The translations under genes were made by a program, and so were the position numbers. The notes beneath the pieces are model-generated. The model saw only the letters and a program-made list of their open reading frames with translations, searched no databases and was not told the origin of the DNA. This document shows positions 35,445-47,224 of a stretch of DNA of 64,000 bases, in pieces; the first letter of the stretch is position 1, and every line of letters starts with the position of its first letter. The DNA comes from Squalus acanthias (Eukaryota). The stretch spans positions 63,676,001 to 63,740,000 of the forward strand of contig CM059438.1 in NCBI GenBank assembly GCA_030390025.1, read 5' to 3'.

Positions 35445-35978
35445 GACAAGCTGATCAGAACAACCAACATGTATTTACCAGGAAAGCCTGTACATTTTAT
35501 ACAGACTGGTTTCAGATTCCAGGATTTGAGCCTTTATATCTGTACGGATACTACAGCGGATTTAACTGTCACTCACTCTGACCTCCGCAGGGAATGATAC
35601 AAGCTAAAACTACAGGTATAAACAAGCCTTCTACAGCAACAACCTTCCGCGTGTCAGCTGGCTAGCGATATTTCCATTGTTCATGCTCCCTTCGCATAGT
35701 AAACTTGTACAGAACTTTTAACAACCACATTCACTCCTAGATAGATCAGCCAGTTTATCTCATTCAGTGCAGCTCCCTTTCCTTCACTTAAACTGGTTGT
35801 CCAGCCTCTTGCCTCAAATTTACCCTGTTTACAAACCTATTGTGATGTCTGATCTCACTGTGACGCGCAGTGTGAGGGTGAGACTTGCCTTGTGATGTCA
35901 CAGTTTGACCTGTCCAGTTAAAGGGGCCTCACCGTGATAAAACAGTGTTTGGAAAATCTTAAAATTAGAGCTAGGCCA

Positions 35979-36310
35979 TTCAGGATGAGATGTTAAACCG
36001 AGGCCCCGTCTTCCCTCTCGGGAGGAATGTAAAATGTCCGAGGGCACTATTTCGAAGAAGAGCAGGTGATATCTCCCCGGTGTCACGCCCAATATTTATC
36101 CCTCAACCAACATCACTAAAAACAAATGAGCTGACCATTATCTCATTACTGTTTGTGGGACCTCACTGTGCTCAAATTGGCTGCGGCATTTCCTACATTG
36201 TAACAATGACTACACTTCAAAAATACTTCATTGGTTGTAAAGCGCTTTGAGAGGTCCTGGGATCATGAAAGGCGCTATAGAAATGCAAGTCTTTTTTTAT
36301 CTTTTTTCTT
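35979..36310 (+). mobile_element. 5'-truncated Deu-domain SINE
   Basis: GATGAGATGTTAAACCGAGGCCCCGTC...GGCGCTATAGAAATGCAAGTCTTT. Confidence 0.85.
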
Positions 36311-37704
36311 CAAAAGCAGAGGGGGTAGTTGAATTACTGAACTTTTGTAAGGTGATGGTTTTTTTTGGTAAGCTGGTGTAATTAGCCTTATGATACCGAG
36401 GATGGCTTCTCCACTAGTCAATTATCAAAAGCAACCGAAACATCAAATAATTGGAACTACATTATTTACACCTTTTCTGCCTAAATGTTAGAAATGGTCA
36501 ACACATTATTTTTTCTGATTACTTGAGGAAACTGCTTGATCTTCAGAGGAAACCTTCCTTTGGCATCGCAAAAACATGCATAAGATCTGTGGGGTGTTCC
36601 TGGACCATTTGCTCCTTACCTTGCGTTGCCTGTTACAGCAGAAATGCGAAGAGGGGCTCCTTGGAGTCTTTGCTACGCACGATTAATCAAAGACTTAATG
36701 ATTGAAACGTTATTGAAAAGCAATTGCTGATGGTTCAGGAACTTTTATTTTCTTTGAAACAGTTTATGTGTTATGCCAAAGACTCTACGATTGGTTTCTT
36801 GTCCTGTGTTTCGGCTCGTGTATAATTACCTCCTTGTAAATAAATTTAACCTTTTCTTTTAGCCTGATAGTTACTGTCTGCTGAATGTGATGTCAGCTTA
36901 AGTAATCTTTGGTGTAAAATATCGATGTAAAAGGGGTCATTCTTAGCCCAGTATCAACCTCTCCCACTCACATCAGGCATAAGGCTACAAGTTTCAGTTC
37001 AGGGGAGATGCGGGTCTGTTCATGAAAACTGTCTTTCTTCTGTGAAGTTGAGCTAAGAGTGTCGAGAGCAAAGCCCGAGTTGGAACACTAGGTAAAAATA
37101 ATGATTTTCTATGGAGATCTCTTCAAACTCGAGCCTCTTTCAGCCTTTGGGGAAATGCAGCAGGATTTGTCGACCACATCCTGTGATAAAAGAGAGTTAG
37201 AATTTCCCATTTAATGGTTATAATTCTAACAGAGATTAGTGCGAAATCCAAGCTTATCCAAACTTAAGTGGTTTGGTAGAAATTAACTCAAAAGTGAGCT
37301 TTCCTTGTTGGAGCTTGGATTTGTTTTCAGTTGCAAAATATGGGATTGAAATTTAGCCATGTTTTTTCATTGCTGTTGAGTCAGAGGAGACAATCATAAT
37401 TTTCACAGTTTGGATTTGATCCCGATTTAATTTCATTCAGTGGCAGCTGACTTGCTGATCCCTAACGCGCCCACATTATTCCCATTGAGCTCTGTCGCAT
37501 TAACCAGAGTGGAGTTGAATGGCCTCTGGCTCAGCTAAGCAGTCCTTTTCCATCTGCTCGACTATCGCCTATTAGTTTCAAATAACTTGTACACTAAAAT
37601 AAATAGTTTAGAACTTGTCTCAGTGTAAGTGATCCAAAAAAAATCTATGGTTGGTTTGGTGATTCGCAGTCCTTTCTAAAGTAATTAATATTATTGAGAA
37701 TCAC

Positions 37705-38010
37705 CAAATCTGCGACCTTCACCATCTAGATGGACAAGGGCAGCAGGTTCATAGGAACACCATCACCTCCAAGTTCCCCTCCAAGTCACACATCATCCTG
37801 AATTGGAAATATGTTGCCATTCCTTCATCATCGCTGGGTCAAATTCCTGGAACTCCCTACCTAACACAACTGTGGGAGTACCTTCACCACACGGACTGCA
37901 GTGGTTCAAGAAGAAGGCCCACCACCACCTTCTCGAGGGCGACAAGGAATGGGCAATAAATGCTGGCCCTGCCGGCGATGCCATATCCCGAAAATGAATT
38001 TAAAAAAAAG
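37705..38010 (+). mobile_element. 3' end of a second CR1-group LINE family
   Basis: ORF2-like C-terminus HSFIIAGSNSWNSLPN...LQWFKKKAHHHLL; 3' UTR GGGCAATAAATGCTGGCC; A-rich end. Confidence 0.8.
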
Positions 38011-38775
38011 TTAAAATGTTAGGGAAAGTTTAAAATTTACATGATCTAGTGAATCTCCCATGGACTTGTGCATGGTCAGTTGAAAGAAATGGAATGTCCT
38101 TTAGCTGTGTTTTTTGTAACAGGTTGAAAGAGGTTTCCGTGCCGACTCTGCAGCAAGTAAGAAGAGATGTTACTGTTAAAGCCTTGCCAGTTGACTTCAA
38201 TGGACTGGAGGCATGACATTGTTACCAACTGAAGGATTGTAATATTACATTGTCAATCATCTGTGGCATTGCACATGGAGAGTCAAGATCAACATCAAAA
38301 GAGGCTAGAGGGCAAAGGGTTAATTGGTTCAGCACCGAGAGGACTGTGATGTTGGAGGCCAAACGAGGCCATGGGCAAAGTAGAGTGGGGTAGGGGAAGG
38401 TAGATAAGGATTCGGATCATGCCTGAAAAATACAGGAGGGTTAGAAATTGAGGGGCAAGATTAGATATCAGGAAAGGCGAAGGTAGAGCAGAGTTAAAGC
38501 CTTTGGAGATGGGTAAATACAAAGGCTGGGGTTTTAAGGGGAAAGATCGAGCATTGTTACAGGGCAGGAAGTCTGCTTGGCATTTGCTAATAGGTGTTAA
38601 CCCAATGCTGACTTATGTGACATTCCCCATTAGTAGCCAACATTAATACCTGGCTGTTTCAAGGACAGTATAGCTTCCACAGGACTGGAATGTGTAACTC
38701 CAGTTAAAATCCAGAGCTGAAGGAATGAATGCACTCAGAATCAAGGGGCTGTGGGCTTGTGTGGGTGTGATGTGA

Positions 38776-39870
38776 TGTAACCTGAGTGCAACTGGAACAG
38801 AGTGAAAAACTTGGGAGTTTGAGCGGCGGCGGACCTTAGAGGGAGCAGACCGAGGCCCGAGAGTGTAGCAGTCGGCGCAGACACCATGGATTTTTAGATT
38901 ATGAACATATACCCTTATTAAAAACTGGACAGGCTGTTTGGGGGGGGGGGGGGGGTGGGGGGAAGCTGTGGAAAAACACTCAAGCTGAAGGTGGCTGACG
39001 TAACCAGGTTACATTCGTATGGTAACGGACTGTCCTTGGGAACAATGACCCGAGAGGCCCACTCCCAAGTCATGAATAACGAGGCTGGCGACTCACTGTT
39101 TCTGAAGAAGATGAGCTCGTTAAGTTAAATCGGCTGGGAGATCAAAACGAGATCTAAACCATCCAAACCTGGGAGGAGGCCTGAAAACCATTTCCCTGAG
39201 GCCATGTGTCCATTAAAACCACAGACAGCGGTCTGTGTATTGGGGGGGTATATCAGAGAGCCGTTTTGGATAGCTCTCTCTCTCTCTCCTGCCCTCCCCA
39301 CAACGGAGCGTCAAGAGGAGCTGAGCCTTGCTCTTCCAACCGAGACGGACTTCGACTCAGACTGGGACTCGCAAGGTAGCCGAGACGTATGGGAGGAAGC
39401 TGCAAGCAAGATCAAGGGCAATCTGCCTGAGCATTGCCAAGCCTGCACACCCACAAGATCACTTAGCTGTGTGAGGGGGTGCCTGTATGTTCCTACCAAA
39501 CCAGAGGGGGTTTAGCGTTGGAAGGGTCCTGTGATAGTTTAGTTCACGGGAGGGTGTTTTTAGGCCGTGGTAAGTCAGCACGGCAGGGGTTTGTTGGACA
39601 AGTCAGGGTTGTACTGTTTTAAACTGTACTGTTGTGTTCACACCGCTCGTACTGTATGCGAGTGGAGTGGTTTTGTCAACCTTAATAAACACTGTACGGG
39701 TGAGCCCGAAAACGCTGTCCGTGTTCTAATCTGTCCTCAGTAATCCCTAGCGTCCAGAACTTGTAGTAAGGGGGTTTGCGTGCTCGCGACGGGCGGGGCG
39801 AAACCACTTACAATAATTCGCGATTGTGGCAGGGTCTATAGGAAATTGGCCACCGCAGAAACCGGTTACA
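38776..39870 (+). mobile_element. Solo LTR-like element, 1095 bp
   Basis: Perfect 7-bp terminal inverted repeat TGTAACC...GGTTACA; AATAAA at ~39684; flanks GTGA and AGAG do not form a TSD. Confidence 0.7.
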
Positions 39871-42800
39871 AGAGCGGGATAAAAGCAGCAGCAGATCTGC
39901 AACAACAAGAGAAAACTGCAGTGTGACAAGGCAGGTAAGTGATTGCTAGTGACTGTGGGCTAAATTTTAAGTTAACATATAGCATATAACTAAATTTAAA
40001 AAACTAAAATAATTTAATTAATTTAATAAACTGAACGAGGTAAATAATTTGATTAACACTAAACTAATTAATTAAATAAATAAAATAATGGGAGGACAGG
40101 AGATGTGTTGCTGCTGCAATATATGGGAGCTTGTGGACATTTTTGTCCAGGGCGACTACATCTGCGGTAAGTGTCTGAGGCTCGAGGAACTTCGGCTCCG
40201 AGTTGAAGAGCTGGAGTCCGAGCTGCAGACATTATGAGACATAAGGGAGGGAGAAAGTTACCTGGACCTTTAGCTCCAGGAGGCAGCCACACCCCTTAGA
40301 TTAAATACTTTAGATTTGACACGTGGTCAGGGACAGGAGGGTGTGACTGCGAGTGATGCAGGTACGGGGATCCAGGAGGTAGTATTGCAGGAGCCTCAGT
40401 CCCTGCACTTGTCCAATAGATTCGAGGTTCTTGCAACCCTTGTGGACAAGTGTGGGGACTGCGGGGAGGACGAGCAAACTGACCACGGCACCATGGTACA
40501 GGAAGCCGTTCAAGTGGGGGGAGTAAAAGGAAGGTGGTTGTAGTAGGCGACAGTATAGTTAGGGGGATAGACTGTTCTCTGCAGCCAGGAGCGTGAGTCC
40601 CGAAGGCTATGTTGCCTTCCCGGTGCCAGGGTAAAGGACATCTCCTCCAGGCTGGAGAAGAACTTGGAGTGGGAGGGGGAGGATCCAGTTGTCGTGGTCC
40701 ATGTAGGTACCAACGACATAGGTAGGACTAAGAAAAAGGTTCTGCTGAGAGAGTTTGAGCAGCTAGGGACTAAGTTAAAGAGTAGAACCACAAGGGTGAT
40801 AATCTCTGGATTATTACCTGAGTCACGAGCAAATTGGCATAGGGTCAATAGGATCAGGGAGATGAATGCGTGGCTCAAAGATTGGTGTGGGAGAAGTGGG
40901 TTTCGATTCGTGGGGCACTGGCACCAGGACTGGGGAAAGAGAGAGCTGTTCCGTTGGGACGGACTACACCTGAACCATGCTGGGACCAGAGTTCTAGCGA
41001 ATCGAATAACTAGGGAGGTAGATAGGGCTTTAAACTAAATAAGGGGGGGAGGGTCCCGGTGGAGAGAAATCTAGAATGCTAAAGAGAAAAGACAAGGAAG
41101 CAGTGCAGGAAAGTGATTGGGGTAAGGATAACCAGATTGTGTCAGGAAGGGACAGAGCATACAAACAAAAGAGTGCACTAACAAATAGGTAAGAAAAAAT
41201 GGTAATAAGGCAAATAGGGCCATAGTACAAAAAAATGTTAAGATGTCTAAAAATGTTAAAAAGACAAATCTAAAGGCACTGTATCTGAATACACGAAGCA
41301 TTCGTAATAAGGTAGACGAATTAACAACGCAAATAGATGTAAACGGATACGATATAATTGTGATTACAGAGACATGGTTACCGGGTGACCAAGGCTGGGA
41401 GCTGAATATCCAAGGATATTCGATATTTAGGAAGGACAGGCAAAAAGGAAAAGGAGGTGGGGTGGTGTTGTTAGTAAAGGTGTAAAGTTTCGCAATTATC
41501 GCGATTCAAAATAACATAAGAGAAGCAGATTCGTTTGATCAGTTTTATTAAACGAAATGCTGTCCTGATAATAAAGGACACAGAAGCCTGTAAAATGGCC
41601 ACCGCACATCGTGGCAGAAGCTTCCAGAAACACAGTGGGCAGACAAGATGGCGTCGAATATACATTCAGTATAAGATTGGATCATACTCGGTAAACATTG
41701 ATAAAGACAGGATGCAACCCATTTGCATTTTAAACAATAACAATGATATAAGTGCTGGAATCGTTTTCCTATGCACAGTAAGGATCATTGTACTGGGCAA
41801 TCGAAGGCCCATCCAGACACATCAATACACAAATAACCCCCCCGGCTCTACAATGAGAGAGACATTGACGGGTGATTAAGTCGGTATTCGGGGGGCCCCA
41901 AAACCAGTCGAGGAGATGATTCATACACATCCTGGCTGGGTCAACAATGGGGAAAACATTAACGGATAGTTGGCCAGTTTCAGGTGCTACCGAAACCCGT
42001 TAAAGAAGATAATCGCCCCATGCTGGGAGTTTTGAGCGCCAAATATTGGTCGGTTATTCGAGTGTTGGGTGGAGCTCAATCGGTACGAGCCGCCCCGACA
42101 AGGGCAAGTAACAGGGTACACCATCCCGAGTGTCGGTAAATGGTGTCTGGACCCGGAGGCCCGAGGAGACGAGACGAGAAGAAATTCCACGTGCCGCCAC
42201 GGTCAGTAAACCCCGACCGCGCCCGAAAATATAAATACAGGACTTTTCTTTGAGTTCTACAGACTACAACCTGTACCGGACACAGGAAGACTCTTCTTTG
42301 AATTTTATCCGAGTTCCGTCGAGTTCTTCATGACAACAGAGAGTCTGGCCTGCTTTTCACAGCAGCGAAAGTAAACAAGTGGGGTGCAGAAACCCTCCCA
42401 AACACGTGACAGTCAGGCGCTGCAGCGAAACGAGCTGAGTGCCTCATTTTAAAAATCTCCGAAGTAACACGAGTGGTGAGCATGCTTTCCGATCCTACAA
42501 ATCCAGACGTAGTGTAGGTATTGTTAAGGGAGGGTGGTTTTAATAAGGTTAAGGTATAATGTGTTCCCCTTTTTACGATGTGCCGTGTGTTCTCCATTTC
42601 CATAGACCAAGCTTTATGAATGTATGTATACTTGTACTCTCTTTGATTTGCGCCTATGACATGTATTTCATGATTCTAGACGCCATGCAATAAAGATTTC
42701 CATTTCATACTATTCAACCGGGTCTATTTGAGTTTTTCTCTGCATTACTGCTCCCTGCATCTAAGTCCAGTGTTACAACCATAAGGACGAGTGGGTCGAA

Positions 42801-45577
42801 CCACTCACAGGTGCTTATTGCAAAAAGGCTGGCCGGAGACCAGAGCATGCAATAGTATAGGCAACGAAGGCATAACCTCGCACCAGCACCGTCTGAGACA
42901 CGCCCCCTTACAAAGGATGAAATCAGAGCAATAGTGAGAAAGGATATTGGCTCAGAAAATCAAGATGTAGAATCAGTCTGGGTGGAGCTAAGAAGCACCA
43001 AGGGGCAGAAAACATTGGTGGGAGTTGTCTATTGGCCTCCAAACAGTAGTGGTAATGTAGGGGATGGCATCAAACAGGAAATTAGAGATGCATGTAACAA
43101 GGGTACTACAGTAATCATGGGTGACTTTAATCTACATATAGACTGGCCAAACCAAATTAGCAATAATACTGTGGAGGATGAATTCCTGGAGTGTGTACGA
43201 GATGGATTTTTAGACCAGTACGTTGAGGAGCCAACTAGGGAACAGGCTATCCTAGATTGGATATTGTGCAATGAGAAGGGGTTAATTAATAATCTTGTTG
43301 TGCGGGGTCCTTTAGGGAAGATTGACCATAACATGATAGAATTCTTAATTAAGATGGAAAGTGAAGTAGTCCAATCCGAATCTAGGGTCCTAAATCTAAA
43401 CAAAGGAAACTATGAAGGTATGAGGAGTGAGTTGGCTATGATAGATTGGGGAGTTTCATTAAAAGGCTTGACAGTTGATAGGCAATGGCTAACATTTAAG
43501 GAATAAATGCATGAATTGCAAGTTATACATTCCTTTCTGGCGCATAAACACAAAAGGAAAAGCAGCCCAACCATGGCTAACAAAAGAAATTAAGGACAGT
43601 ATTAGATCCAAAGAGGAGTCATATAAAGTTGCCAGAAAAATGAGCAAGCCTGAGGATTCAGCAAAAAAATGACCAAAAGATTGATTAAGAGGGCAAAAAT
43701 AGAGTATGAGAGTAAACTTACAAGGACCATAAAAGTAGACTGTAAAAGCTTCTACAAGTATGTAAAAAGAAAAAGATTAGTGAAAACAAATGTAGGTCCC
43801 TTACAGTCAGAAACGGGAGAATTTATAATGGGGAACAAGGAAATGGCTGAGCAATTAAACAAATACTTTAGTTCTGTCTTCACGGAAGAGGACACAAATA
43901 ACTTCCCAGAAATGCTAGGGAACCAAGGGTCTAGTGAGAATGAGGAATTAAAGGAAATTAGTATTCGTAAAAAAATAGTGCTGGAGAAATTAATGGGACT
44001 GAAAGCTAATGAATCCCTAAGGCCTTATAATCTGCATTCCAGAGTACTAAAAGAGGTAGCCATGGAAATAGTGGATGCATTGGTTGTCATCTTCCAAATT
44101 TTTATAGATTATGGAACAGTTTCTGCAGATTGGAGGGTGGCAAATGTAACCCCACTATTTAAAAAAGGAGGGAGAGAGAAAACACGGAACTACAGACCGG
44201 TTAGCCTAACATCAATAGTAGGGAAAATGCTAGAGTCTATTATAAAAGATGTGATAACAGGACAGTTAGAAAATATCAACGGAATTAGACAAAGTCAGCA
44301 TGGATTTATGAAAGGGAAATCGTGTTTGACAAACCTACTGGAGTTTTTTGAGGATGTAACTGGTATAATAGATAAGGGAGAATCAGTGGATGTGGTGTAT
44401 TTGGATTTTCAGAAGGTCTTTAATAAAGTCCCACATAAGAGGTTAGTGTGCAAAATTAAAGCACATGGATTGGGGGTAATATACTGGCATGGATTGAAAA
44501 TTGGTTAACAGAGAGTAGGAATAAATGGGTCTTTTTCGGGGTGGTAGGCGGTGACTAGTGGGGTACCGCAGGGATCAGTGCTTGGGCCCTAGCTATTCAC
44601 AATATATATCAATGATTTGGATGAGGGAACCAAATGTAATAATTCCTAGTTTGCTGACGATACGAAACTAGGCGGGATTGTGAGTTGTGAGAAGGATGCA
44701 AAGAGGCTTCAAGGCGATTTAGACAAGTTGAGTGAGTGGGCAAATACATGGCAGATGCAGTATAACGTGGATAAATGTGAAGTTATCCACTTTGATAGGA
44801 AAAACAGAAAGGTAGAGTATTATTTAAATGGTGATAGATTGGGCAATGTTGCTGTACAAAGGGACCTGGGTGTCCTTGTACACCAGTCACTGAAAGCAAA
44901 CATGCAGGTGCAGCAAGCAGTTAGGAAGGCTAATGGTATGTTGGCCTTCCTTGCAAGAGGATTTGAGTACAGGAGCAAGGACGTCTTACTACAGTTATAC
45001 AGGGTCTTGGTGAGACCACACCTGGAGTACTGTGTGCACTTTTGGTCTCCTTACCTAAGAAAGGATATACTTGCCATAGAGGGAGTGCAGCGAAGGTTCA
45101 CCAGACTGATTCCTGGGATGGCAGGACTGTCGTATGAGGAGCGATTGGGTTGACTAGGCCTGTATTCACTAGAGTTTAGAAGAATGAGAGGGGATCTCAT
45201 TGAAATGTATAAAATTCTGACAGGGCTAGACAGACTGGAAGCAGGGAGGATGTTTCCCCTGGCTGGGGGTCTAGAATGAGGGGTCACAGTCTCAGGATAC
45301 GGGGTAGGACATTTAGGACTGAGATGAGGAGAAATTTCTTCACTCAGAGGGTGGTGAACCTGTGGAATTCTCTACCACAGAGGGCTGTGGAGGCCAAGTC
45401 ACTGAATATATTTAAGAAGGAGATAGATAGATTTCTAGACACAAAAGGCATCAAGGGGTATGGGGAGAGAGCGGGAATATGGTATTGAGATAGAGGATCA
45501 GCCATGATCATGTTGAATGGCGGAGCAGACTCGAAGGGCCGAATGGCCTACTGCTCCTATTTTTCTATGTTTTCTAT
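39871..45577 (+). mobile_element. Near full-length decayed CR1 (5' UTR, ORF1, ORF2, tail), interrupted by a solo LTR
   Basis: ORF1 from ATG 40088 (Cys motif CCCCNIWE...YICGKC, coiled-coil stretch, esterase) with a stop and frameshifts; ORF2 fragments at 41243-45488; tail TTTCTATGTTTCTAT. Confidence 0.95.
41481..42912 (+). mobile_element. Solo LTR, 1432 bp, inserted in the CR1 endonuclease domain
   Basis: TGTAA...TTACA termini; 4-bp TSD AAGG at 41477-41480 and 42913-42916; removal restores the reading frame VVLLVKDEIRAIVRKD; TATAAATA at ~42230; AATAAA at ~42689; orientation tentative. Confidence 0.9.
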
Positions 45578-46745
45578 CCTGCTGCTTCAGCTGCCTTCCT
45601 TGGAGAGTCCATTTGAGAGAATTGGGCAGAGGAGGCTTGGAGTAACGTGTGTTATTGCAATAAGTTCTCTCCAGCTACAATGGAATTCAGTGAGAGTTTT
45701 TAAAAATCCTGTCAGATGGCGATTCAACAATAGCATCAGACATGTAATACAGCACGGCAATTTCGCCTACACTTTGCCACTGCAGATTCTCATCGAACCA
45801 CATTGAATACAGTAATGATTTCTTTTCACCAGAATCATAATTTATTAATAAGTTATCTCCCGGCCAGATTCATTAACCACTGTGTAGCGCCCCTATGTGT
45901 GCTGTTAGACTATTTCTATCCACCATTTATCGTGTTGTAACACAACAGTGTGTCAACACAAATAACACAAGCCCTCACCCAATACGGCTTGATATAGCAC
46001 TCTATTTTAATCTAATATATTAACCATTTGGGGACCGCAGTAACGCTAAACTCATTAGATCCAATAGAACAAGATTGATACCGCAATCCTTTGGGCATTT
46101 CTGTCCAGTCATTTTTAAGAGTAGGAAACAAAGAGCATATTTGTCAGTGAGGTAATACCGCTGCTAAAGTTAAACCAAACCCCATGGATTACACTGAAGG
46201 AGAACTCATAGCCCCAGTGGTATTGCTGTCGTAAACCGCTTGGACCTGATGGAAACATCATTTGATGCTGCAGCTCGGTGGTCCTTTGTGTGTCGAGACT
46301 ATTTGTGAGACTCTCTGCTTGGTATCAGAAGTAACTGAGCACATTTGACATGCCGAGGGAGGGGGTAGGTTTGAGCAAAGGCAGTTTCAGTGTGCAGATA
46401 ATCGTCTTCGAGTCTCAGTAGAGTGATCTATTTCTTAAATTGGCCGTGAATATTAAAGTGGGGGGGAGGGGGGGGGGGGGCGGAAGACCATTTGCTGATC
46501 ATACCGGCAACTTTCTGCTCTTGGGGGTTGTCATCAAGGTAGAGGATCAAGCATTCCTGATTACTCCACAGCACGACGACAATTTATGATTTCAGCGAGC
46601 AACGTATCTATTTGGGAAAACTAACATTTTTATCTGTGAGGGGTTGTTATACCCACCCTGAGAGCAGCCAGAGAGACACCGGAGATCAGGCTGCCCGGCC
46701 ACCTGCCCTCGCAAACACAGGGGCTGCGTGCTCCGCGGAGATTTA

Positions 46746-47130
46746 GGCCGAGAAATTCAACTGCTTGTAACCCGGTTTTCAGGCACTAAACAGACCCCTA
46801 AGCCTCCAATGTGGTGCGCAGGAGGCGCGCGTTCATTATGAGCCAGAAGTGCGCCGCCCGCCATATTGGGAGAGCCAAAAAAAACAGCTTCCAGGGCCCA
46901 GCGTCTGGATCAAGCCTTTTGCATATGCAAATAAGGGACCTAAAGCCTGTTTGAGGCCCCCTCCACAATATTGGTCTGCCCTGAGGCACCCAGCACTGGC
47001 TGCATTCAGGAAAACCGGGTCTCCAGGGCCACAACCAACAATGTAAGTGTTTAAAATATACTTAGCTGAATGTGGAGCCGGGAGGAGCAGGAGTGATTCT
47101 CCTGACCCTACATTAAAAGCAGCACCACTC
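46746..47130. mobile_element. Left arm of a Harbinger-type MITE
   Basis: TTA|GGCCGAGAAATTC start resembles the TIRs of the other two MITEs; GC-rich arm; no matching right TIR found. Confidence 0.55.
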
Positions 47131-47224
47131 CCCCCCAATCGGCACAGCTACCCATCCCACACCCCTAATCCCGGCCTCTGTTACCTTCCCCGATTGCCGC
47201 CAACCACTTCCCTCCCTCCCAGCC

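Larger units (their letters stand above)
21570..35890 (+). repeat. Tandem array of a ~2.0-kb composite unit (CR1 fragments plus two unassigned segments), about 5 complete or partial copies
   Basis: Landmark TGATCTCACTGTGA at ~24465, 26481, ~29187 (variant), ~34606 and ~35854; undisturbed period 2016 bp; segment A at ~22005, 25252, 27265; segment B at ~22590, 25880, 27890, 34010, 35445. Confidence 0.95.

Noticed and set aside
35460..35600. Ig-like motifs (PGKP, DLSLYxC) in segment B
   Set aside because: Spacing is far too short for an Ig domain, the conserved Trp and first Cys are absent, and several copies have an in-frame stop.
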